Shown: positions 16,057 to 22,991 of the stretch, one piece after another
How the letters are laid out: each line of letters begins with the position of its first letter
Position numbering within the stretch: the first letter of the stretch is position 1
From: a virus
Taxonomy: Duplodnaviria; Caudoviricetes
Direction: 5' to 3' (one strand)
DNA length: 27,825 bases
IMG/VR virus record: IMGVR_UViG_3300022666_000355
Span: 1 to 27,825 of that record
Made by a program: the position numbers and the translations under genes
Notes under the pieces: generated by a model
Told to the model about the DNA's origin: nothing
Seen by the model: only the letters and a program-made list of their open reading frames with translations
Database searches by the model: none

Positions 16057-16515
16057 ATGAAAGCAATTCCTGTAGAAGTGAAGGATGTGATCACGATACT
16101 GAATCTGCCTGGTGACATGGCGGAGAATCCGATATTTAGCGAGCATGAGGCGCTGGTGCTGAAACGGCTGGCTGAGATATGCCTGGATGATGACTATAAC
16201 GATGCTGCAGGTGATGATCTGGAAGCGGGAGACGCGGTATATGTGGCGTTCCGCTATGGCTATGCTTTCCTTCTGCTGGAGAGCGTGGCGGAATTCCTTA
16301 ACCTGAAGACTTTGGGTGAGGGGATTGTGAAGAGCATCGGTCTGGATAGCTCTGCTACAGAGCTGCTGACGGGGGCTGAGATAGAAGAATTTAAGAGCAA
16401 GCTGGAGACCCGGGCACTATCACTGCTGAAGGCATATCTAAATGAAGATGGGCTGGCACGGCTGTATGAGCTGAAGCCGAGACTTGCGCGACTGATGCGG
16501 GTGGGTGTGATCTGA
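16057..16515 (+). CDS. Hypothetical virion protein (possible head-tail adaptor)
   Basis: GAGGAG SD; helical, acidic, 152 aa; function from position only. Confidence 0.55.
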   Translation: MKAIPVEVKDVITILNLPGDMAENPIFSEHEALVLKRLAEICLDDDYNDAAGDDLEAGDAVYVAFRYGYAFLLLESVAEFLNLKTLGEGIVKSIGLDSSATELLTGAEIEEFKSKLETRALSLLKAYLNEDGLARLYELKPRLARLMRVGVI

Positions 16516-16982
16516 TGGATGAACTGATGACCGAGATCTACCGGGCTATATTCAATGCCCTGGAGAGCAAGATGCATCTGATCGGCTCTGTGATCGATGG
16601 CGAAGCCAGGCGGGAGATCCTGGAGAAGGAGATCTATGACAAGGGTGATTTTTACGCGAACGCCGGATATGTGGTGGAGAGCGATGCTAACGGGATGACC
16701 CTGAGAGTGGGCAGCAACGTTAAGCATGAGCCTTTTGTGCTGGGTGGCAAGACCCCAAGCTGGACACCGATAAAGCCACTAATCGCCTGGGTGGAGCGCA
16801 AGGGTTTATCCTGGGCGGATAAGAAGACAGGCAAGGCGCTGAAGGTGGAGCAGATGGCTTACATGATCAGAGCAAAGATAAAGGCGGTCGGCATTGATGC
16901 CAGGAACGTATATGAGACAGTTCTGCAGAACAAGGAAGCGTGGATATATGAGCAGTTTAACAGCATCGAGGTGAGGATATGA
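16515..16982 (+). CDS. Putative neck/tail-completion protein (HK97 gp10-like)
   Basis: YDKGDF, LRVGSNVKH..FV, PIKPLIAWVERKG, IRAKI..GI pattern; TGATG overlap. Confidence 0.6.
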   Translation: MDELMTEIYRAIFNALESKMHLIGSVIDGEARREILEKEIYDKGDFYANAGYVVESDANGMTLRVGSNVKHEPFVLGGKTPSWTPIKPLIAWVERKGLSWADKKTGKALKVEQMAYMIRAKIKAVGIDARNVYETVLQNKEAWIYEQFNSIEVRI

Positions 16983-16986
16983 AAGG

Positions 16987-17062
16987 GGTTAATGAGTTAA
17001 TGGTTAATGGGTTAATACTGGATTCCAGCCTTCGCTGGAATGACGGAAAGCGCTGGAATGAC
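16987..17062 (+). repeat. Composite intergenic repeat: GTTAAT array, palindrome copy 7 (17018-17044) and half-site
   Basis: Read directly. Confidence 0.95.
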
Positions 17063-17076
17063 GGAGGGACGGAACA

Positions 17077-17478
17077 ATGACAGCACTGCAGAAGTTTGAG
17101 AATGAGCGCAGCAGCATCCGTAGCGCATTGATGGATGCGGGGATCGCCACTGTGTTGTTTAATAAGGACGATATCCCCAAGGATCTGCCTGCAGCTATTG
17201 TGATTTTGGACGGTGAGACGGGCAAGAACGGGACGGGGCGGCGGTTTGTGGATACGGATATCGCCTGGACGGTGTATTTGGTCGTGAACGCAAGCAAGGC
17301 AGAAGATCCGGATGCGGATTTATACAGGCTGAAAGAGGCTTTTAGGGAGAAGTACCGGGCTGCGATGTACCGTGATATACCGGAGATAGAGTATTACACG
17401 AGCAGGCTGGATGGAGCGAGATTGGTGCGGGTGGCAAGGCTGGCGCTGCTGAAAAGCGGAACGGGAGCGGGATCTTGA
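17077..17478 (+). CDS. Putative tail terminator-like protein
   Basis: LPAAIVI..WTVYLVV pattern, 133 aa, GGAGG SD; function inferred from size and position. Confidence 0.5.
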   Translation: MTALQKFENERSSIRSALMDAGIATVLFNKDDIPKDLPAAIVILDGETGKNGTGRRFVDTDIAWTVYLVVNASKAEDPDADLYRLKEAFREKYRAAMYRDIPEIEYYTSRLDGARLVRVARLALLKSGTGAGS

Positions 17479-17482
17479 AAAA

Positions 17483-17540
17483 GGTTAATGAGTTAATGGT
17501 TAATGGGTTAGTACTGGATTCCAGCCTACGCTGGAATGAC
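17483..17540 (+). repeat. Composite intergenic repeat: GTTAAT array and palindrome copy 8 (17514-17540)
   Basis: Read directly; GGAGG SD of the portal follows immediately. Confidence 0.95.
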
Positions 17541-17554
17541 GGAGGATTAACGCA

Positions 17555-18742
17555 ATGAAGGTAACTACTATAGGCGGAGCGCGGGTGATTATCAGCGGCG
17601 TGAGTGAGCTGATAGAGAAGGGGTACCGGGCCGAGACCCCGGACTTGAGTAAGATGAGCCGGGTGGGTAAACAACTGATATCCAAGGCTGTGGAAGCTAA
17701 GAAGGTGGTGAGTGCGCCTTACAGTATGAGCAAGCTGCTGAACCTGCTGGATACAGATGAGTACCACAGTGGTTGCATCGATGCACTGGCTATGGCCACG
17801 GTGATGAAGGTGGAGTGCAAGAACGCCCAGGTAAAAGCCTGGATGGAAGCCGCTGAATTCCCCGGCTGTGAAGACCAGAGCACGATACTGGCTGAGATGA
17901 TAAAGTTTTATCTGGCCTGTGGAAACGGGTTTTTGATCAAGATGCGGAACGTGAAAGGCGAGTGGATGGGGCTGGAGCGGATGCTGCCCAGTGAAGTGCA
18001 GATCGTGGAGAATTATGACGAGTTTAACTTCTTCCGTCCTAACTACATCCAGGTGGTGAATAACGTGAAGAAGGACTTTGCCTACGCGGACGTGATCCAT
18101 ATGAAAAAGAGCACCCACAGATCCAATGCCTGGGGGCTGGCCTGCCTGCCGATCGCGATTAACATCGAGATTTTGGGCGAGATCAAGACATTCGATTACA
18201 ACAACTTTAAGAACGGGCTGATGGCAGATTACTTCATGATCGTGGAAGGCGGTACCCTGCGGGACGGAACCGTGACAGACGAGGCCGGAAACGAAGTAAT
18301 GAGCGATGCCTATAGTGAGATTGAGAAGGCACTAACCGAGGTAAAGGGCAATGCCAGGAGCCACAGCACGGTGCTGATCGAGAGCGAGAGCAAGGACGTG
18401 AAGATACGATTGGAGCCGCTGAGACAGCAGGACAAGGACGGAGGCTTCCTGAGCCTGAAGAAGGACCTGAGAGAAGGGATAATGGCCTATCACAGGGTTC
18501 CTGCCAGGATCGTGAGCCAACTGATTCCGGGGCAACTGGGCGGGGATAACACGAGTGATATGAAGATGTTTTACCACTTTGTGGTGAAGCCTTTGCAGAA
18601 GCGCCTGGCACTCAGCCTGGCGATAGAATTCAACTATGAATTTGGATGGGGCGTCAATCCTGATGACTTTGAGTTTGGGGATTTGACAGAGACTTTAACA
18701 AGCGAAGATGAGAAGCTGTTCAGCAGCCTCCGTAACAAGTAA
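17555..18742 (+). CDS. Portal protein (PBSX/P2-like family)
   Basis: HSGCI, YLACGNGF, DVIHMK, NNFKNG, IMAYHRVPARIV, VVKPLQ motifs. Confidence 0.88.
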   Translation: MKVTTIGGARVIISGVSELIEKGYRAETPDLSKMSRVGKQLISKAVEAKKVVSAPYSMSKLLNLLDTDEYHSGCIDALAMATVMKVECKNAQVKAWMEAAEFPGCEDQSTILAEMIKFYLACGNGFLIKMRNVKGEWMGLERMLPSEVQIVENYDEFNFFRPNYIQVVNNVKKDFAYADVIHMKKSTHRSNAWGLACLPIAINIEILGEIKTFDYNNFKNGLMADYFMIVEGGTLRDGTVTDEAGNEVMSDAYSEIEKALTEVKGNARSHSTVLIESESKDVKIRLEPLRQQDKDGGFLSLKKDLREGIMAYHRVPARIVSQLIPGQLGGDNTSDMKMFYHFVVKPLQKRLALSLAIEFNYEFGWGVNPDDFEFGDLTETLTSEDEKLFSSLRNK

Positions 18743-18755
18743 GGAGAAGAAGCAG

Positions 18756-20486
18756 ATGAGATTATTCTCAAACAAAAAGCGCATTCAAAAAGGCGCGCTG
18801 CGCAACGTGGACGTGGACCTAATCAGCCTACTGTTTGACGATGTGAAGCCTGCCAATATGAAGGGCGCGATCGTGAAGAGCGCGGATGGCAAGCAGGGTA
18901 ATATCCTGGGGGCTACCGCAAAATTCAAGAGCGAGACTGTGGGCTCTGAGGGCCTGCTGTACGTGACCGTGATGGAACCGGATGTGGTGGACGCGCAAGG
19001 CGATACCTACACAACCGAAGAGGTGAAGAAGGCTGCCTACCGCTTTGCCAAAAAAGGACTTGTAGGCAAGAACGATGTGAATCACAATTACCAGCCCGTC
19101 CCGGAGTTTGTAGTAGCCGAAAGCTATATCCTGAAAGCCGAAGACAGAGAGCACTTCCCGAACACCAAGGTGGGAGCCTGGGTGTGCGTGATGAAGTGTG
19201 AAGACCTGAATTCCGAGCTCTGGCAGAAGGTGCAGAAGGGCAAATTCAACGGGGTGAGCATCGCGGGATTCGCGGAAGAAGCTGGTGGCAACAACGCTGC
19301 TTTGGTGGCGGAGCTGAAGAGCCAGATGGAAGCGATCCGCAAGGCTTTGGGCGAGAAACCCAATGATGACAGCAAGAAGGCCCTGGACCTGCTTCAGGGA
19401 CGGATTAACGAGCTGGAGAAGGCGGACGGGCAGTCCGAGACCACCATGCTCATCAAAGCATTCACAAACGAGATCAAGGAGCTTTCCATGCAGATCAGCA
19501 AAGCAATCAGCAGTGGGCTGAAGGGGGAACCGGGGGAAGCGAGCGATCGTGAGGTAATGATCGATGGCACCAAGGTAGTGGTGAAATCCGCACACCGCGA
19601 GATCTACAAGGGCATCGCCGAAGTAGATGGCGGCAAAGCCATGAACATCCTGACGCCCAATACCACCAGCCTGTTCATCGATGAGGTGATCGGCAGCCGG
19701 CCGGGTGATACCCTGGCAGACATCACCGTTGTTCCTCTGCTCAAGGATGAGACCATCGATGCGGGCGTGATCAACGACCTGGTATTTACCAATTCCCTGG
19801 ATGAAGCCGCTGCAGCTCAGGCTGTGGGCAGCGCCAGCATCACCTGCACCACAGGCATCCTGAATGCCGAATTTACCCTGGGCAGGGACGTGGTGGAGTT
19901 TTACAAGGATAAGTATGGCGAAGATGCTTTTGGCGCATATGTGGAGCAGCATATTGCCCGCAAAGCCGAGAAAGCGCTGCGCTTGCTTCTGTTCCGTGGT
20001 GACAGAACTGCCGCCGCAGGGCCTTACAAGGCTCTTAACGGCATCATCAAACAGGCTACCACTGCCGGGGCTGTGACCAGCCTGGACGCAGAGACTCTGG
20101 TGAACTGGGACGAGAGATTTGAAGGGGCTTTACTGGCATTTGCCGATGGCATGCTGGAAGAGCAGGAGAACTTCAAGTTCTACGTGAGCCATAAAGACCT
20201 GGTACGCATTCGCAGCGAGCTTTCCAGACGGCAGACCGTTGCCGGAGACCGCCTCTTGCTGGAAGGCGGGAATGTGTCTTTTGCCGGGATCCCCGTGAAG
20301 CCCAGGCTGATGCCTGATAACTACATAATCGCGGGACTGCCCAAGTTCATCATTTTGGGCTACCGCACTGACGCCGAACTGAAGGTGGAACACCACGGAT
20401 CTGACTGGAAGTATCACTGGTACATCCGTGTCCGTCCCGGCATCACCTACGTCGACGGCTTTGTAAAAGTCTTTAACATCAACTAA
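18756..20486 (+). CDS. Fused XkdF-like prohead protease / scaffold / major capsid protein
   Basis: VMEPDVVDAQGD, VAESYI, GAWV, LWQKVQKGKFNGVSIAG (XkdF-like); coiled linker; capsid-like C-terminal half (LTPNTTSLFIDEV, FRGD, LNGIIK, FAGIPV); AGGAG SD before ATG 18756. Confidence 0.82.
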   Translation: MRLFSNKKRIQKGALRNVDVDLISLLFDDVKPANMKGAIVKSADGKQGNILGATAKFKSETVGSEGLLYVTVMEPDVVDAQGDTYTTEEVKKAAYRFAKKGLVGKNDVNHNYQPVPEFVVAESYILKAEDREHFPNTKVGAWVCVMKCEDLNSELWQKVQKGKFNGVSIAGFAEEAGGNNAALVAELKSQMEAIRKALGEKPNDDSKKALDLLQGRINELEKADGQSETTMLIKAFTNEIKELSMQISKAISSGLKGEPGEASDREVMIDGTKVVVKSAHREIYKGIAEVDGGKAMNILTPNTTSLFIDEVIGSRPGDTLADITVVPLLKDETIDAGVINDLVFTNSLDEAAAAQAVGSASITCTTGILNAEFTLGRDVVEFYKDKYGEDAFGAYVEQHIARKAEKALRLLLFRGDRTAAAGPYKALNGIIKQATTAGAVTSLDAETLVNWDERFEGALLAFADGMLEEQENFKFYVSHKDLVRIRSELSRRQTVAGDRLLLEGGNVSFAGIPVKPRLMPDNYIIAGLPKFIILGYRTDAELKVEHHGSDWKYHWYIRVRPGITYVDGFVKVFNIN

Positions 20487-20497
20487 AGGAGGTGAAA

Positions 20498-20887
20498 ATG
20501 AAGACTAAGACTATCATCCTGATTATCGTTACCGCGATACTACTGGCGGGGATCGTGGCGGCACTTTCCGCTCAGACCCTGCCTGTGGACAGCCGTAAGA
20601 AAGAGATGCAGTTTCACCGGAGTTTTGAGTGCCTGCGCTATGCCGCATCAGCGGATACAACCTGGCGCCGGATCACGATTCCGGACGGGACAGTGGAAGT
20701 ACAGATCCTGCCCGTGACAGGCGCGATCGGTGTGCGACCGGACTCCCTGTATACCAACAACAAATATGTGGATATAGCTGCCGGAGTACCCCTCAAATTC
20801 CCTGTTTACCGCGCTACCAAGATCTATGTACGCAGAACTGCCGCCGGAACCGCCAGTGTAGCCAACGTGCTATTCCTGAAGATGTAA
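20498..20887 (+). CDS. Signal-peptide-bearing beta-rich protein directly after the capsid gene
   Basis: AAGGAGG SD; MKTKTIILIIVTAILLAGIVAALSA|Q. Confidence 0.8.
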   Translation: MKTKTIILIIVTAILLAGIVAALSAQTLPVDSRKKEMQFHRSFECLRYAASADTTWRRITIPDGTVEVQILPVTGAIGVRPDSLYTNNKYVDIAAGVPLKFPVYRATKIYVRRTAAGTASVANVLFLKM

Positions 20888-20897
20888 GGAGAGAATA

Positions 20898-21248
20898 ATG
20901 GATTTCATCGCACATAATAGCTCCTTTATCATCGGAATGGTGGCCGCAGTGGTGGTTTGGCTGCTTGGCAAGATGGGGATCAAGGGTTTGGACAAGACTC
21001 AGATCTCCGCTATTTTGACGATCATCCTGGACATCATCCAGGACATCAAGACCAATCCCGCGACCAAGGACCTGGATGACTACAGCAAGAAACAACTGGC
21101 TGTGAAGCGCGTGGAATTGGCTTTGCCGACTAAGAAAAAGAACCTGATTCAGAAGGTCTTTGGCAGTATCGGCGCGGCAATCGAATACGTGTTTCACAAC
21201 AAGAAAGAACTCTCGAAGCTGCCTAAAACGGCGAAGGTGGTGATATAA
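20898..21248 (+). CDS. Putative holin (LL-H-like, single TM)
   Basis: N-terminal TM, SKKQLAVKRV, IGAAIEYV, basic tail. Confidence 0.5.
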   Translation: MDFIAHNSSFIIGMVAAVVVWLLGKMGIKGLDKTQISAILTIILDIIQDIKTNPATKDLDDYSKKQLAVKRVELALPTKKKNLIQKVFGSIGAAIEYVFHNKKELSKLPKTAKVVI

Positions 21249-21778
21249 TGGCATTGACTGCACCGACATTCCCAAGTGGCACCGTGGCAACCGACCTGCT
21301 GTTTAGCGCGCTGGTGGATACCATGATCGCGGACAATGTTTACTTTGGCCTGGGTGAATACACCGCTGCCGAAGTGGGCACTAAATATGCGACCAAGACC
21401 GCGATGGCGACGGAGATCAGCACCTTCCTGAAACCGCTGGGTGAACTGGCTGAGAAGCCGGGCAAAGCCGACAGCAAGATCAGTAAGCTGAAGAGCCGCA
21501 ACTATCAGATCCCGGGGAAGCGCACCAGCACGGTGGAGCTTACTCTGAACGGTCTGAGCATGAAGCAGAAGGATTATCTGGAGAGCTCCGCTTTTAGCGG
21601 GGTGGTGACCACAATCCTGCTGACCAACAGAGAACAGGACAGATATACCATATTCAACGGCATGCGCTGGACCGTGGACTGGAGCGCTGAAGCTGATGGG
21701 CTCTATACTGTCGTGATCTCAAGTGAATATTCCGGTAACACCGCAAGCAAGCTGTTTGTGGGCAAGGGCTTGGCGTAA
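21248..21778 (+). CDS. Putative major tail (tube) protein
   Basis: 176 aa, Thr/Ser/Ala-rich, beta-type, upstream of chaperone and tape measure genes; followed by a hairpin. Confidence 0.6.
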   Translation: MALTAPTFPSGTVATDLLFSALVDTMIADNVYFGLGEYTAAEVGTKYATKTAMATEISTFLKPLGELAEKPGKADSKISKLKSRNYQIPGKRTSTVELTLNGLSMKQKDYLESSAFSGVVTTILLTNREQDRYTIFNGMRWTVDWSAEADGLYTVVISSEYSGNTASKLFVGKGLA

Positions 21779-21791
21779 GCCAGATAAACAG

Positions 21792-21815
21792 GGCCGTCCC
21801 TTAACGGGGACGGCC
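21792..21815 (+). terminator. GC hairpin after the tail tube gene (no U tract)
   Basis: GGCCGTCCC-TTAACG-GGGACGGCC. Confidence 0.45.
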
Positions 21816-21830
21816 ATAACTATAGCTTGA

Positions 21831-21930
21831 ATGAACAGATTAGTGATTAACGGATTAGTAGATGAAATGGTTAGTGAGTTAATGGTTAATGAGTTAATAA
21901 AGCTGGATTCCAGCCTTCGCTGGAATGACA
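21831..21930 (+). repeat. Composite intergenic repeat with palindrome copy 9 (21903-21929)
   Basis: Read directly; 86/100 identical to 15925-16024 by hand alignment. Confidence 0.95.
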
Positions 21931-21945
21931 TAAAAAGGAGAAGAT

Positions 21946-22524
21946 ATGGCCAACCTGGAAGAATCGCCACTCTTTGATGAGGGATTGCCGCCTTTGGAGA
22001 TGGAAGACGAGGACTTGAGCTTTGACCTGCTGGAGCATGTGATGCCGGGGGATCATGTGTATTTTGCTTTGGGTAGCGCGCTGTCGCACATTGCAGATAT
22101 TAACATTATATATAACAGCGAGATCTGGGATATCCTGGAAAACATGGTTGTATTGGGCGAGCTTGCGGATAAGCCCGGTAAAATTGACAGCAAGATCAAC
22201 CGCCTGAAGACGCGCAACTATTCGATAAGCAGCAAGCGCAACAGCAGCATTGAGATCAATATCGTGGGGCTGAGCACCAAGCTGAAGAACTACCTGGAGA
22301 CGGCTTTGTTTCAAGAGCAAGATGTAGCCATCCTGATCACCGAAATGGACAGAGATAAGATGGACGTTTTGACGGATCCCGGATACCGCTGTTTGTTGCT
22401 TGATGCCATGCGCTGGACAGTGGACTGGAGCGCTGAAGCTGATGGATTTTGGTCTGTCGTGATCAGCACCACTGTGAATGGGTTTACCGCCAGTAAGATA
22501 TTACCATTTACATCAATACCATAA
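21946..22524 (+). CDS. Paralog of the preceding tail-tube-like protein
   Basis: Shared LGELAxKPGKxDSKI, LKxRNY, YLE, MRWTVDWSAEADG, VVIS motifs. Confidence 0.85.
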   Translation: MANLEESPLFDEGLPPLEMEDEDLSFDLLEHVMPGDHVYFALGSALSHIADINIIYNSEIWDILENMVVLGELADKPGKIDSKINRLKTRNYSISSKRNSSIEINIVGLSTKLKNYLETALFQEQDVAILITEMDRDKMDVLTDPGYRCLLLDAMRWTVDWSAEADGFWSVVISTTVNGFTASKILPFTSIP

Positions 22525-22539
22525 CCCAAGGAGGAAGAA

Positions 22540-22887
22540 ATGAAGATTAATCTAAGCTATACTCAATTACGACAGATCATGGGTCTGGCAGTTTCAAACC
22601 AGACCATCAGGATGAAACTTTCCGACTTTTTGGGCGGGAAAATGACCAAGATCAGCGAGATCGAGCTGATGGATCTGATCTATGAATCGCAAATCGATAC
22701 CGAACTCATCAGGATCCTCTCCGGCAAAGATCCGGATACGATTGAAGCTTTCGAAGGGATCGAATACATCACCGCTTTTTTCGCCTATTTCGCGAGCAAC
22801 AAACCGAGATTCAGCGCCTTGCTCGCCAGTATCGGATACCAAGTGCAGCAAACTGCTCCGAGCACTCGCTCGAAAGTTTCGAAATGA
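22540..22887 (+). CDS. Tail assembly chaperone (gpG-like)
   Basis: AGGAGG SD; between tail tube and tape measure genes; contains in-phase T TTT TTC. Confidence 0.75.
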   Translation: MKINLSYTQLRQIMGLAVSNQTIRMKLSDFLGGKMTKISEIELMDLIYESQIDTELIRILSGKDPDTIEAFEGIEYITAFFAYFASNKPRFSALLASIGYQVQQTAPSTRSKVSK

Positions 22888-22991
22888 CCATGCGTGAGCT
22901 GGGCTTCGGATCTGCAGACTTTGGTAGCCTCAGCGTCTCTGATCTCTACTTACGCTTCTGTATTCATCATGATACTCATAGAGTAAAATAA
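22776..22991 (+). CDS. -1 frame extension of the chaperone (gpT-like)
   Basis: Stop-free from the slippery site to TAA 22989-22991, which overlaps the tape measure ATG. Confidence 0.65.
   Translation, partial: FFRLFREQQTEIQRLARQYRIPSAANCSEHSLESFEMTMRELGFGSADFGSLSVSDLYLRFCIHHDTHRVK

Noticed and set aside
15925-17540. CRISPR array suggested by recurring 27-bp palindromic repeats
   Set aside because: Copies are separated by whole genes (hundreds to thousands of bp), not 30-40-bp spacers; no cas genes.
21248-22524. Diversity-generating retroelement TR/VR pair (tail paralogs or the 100-bp repeats)
   Set aside because: No reverse transcriptase in the window; differences are not one-directional adenine substitutions.
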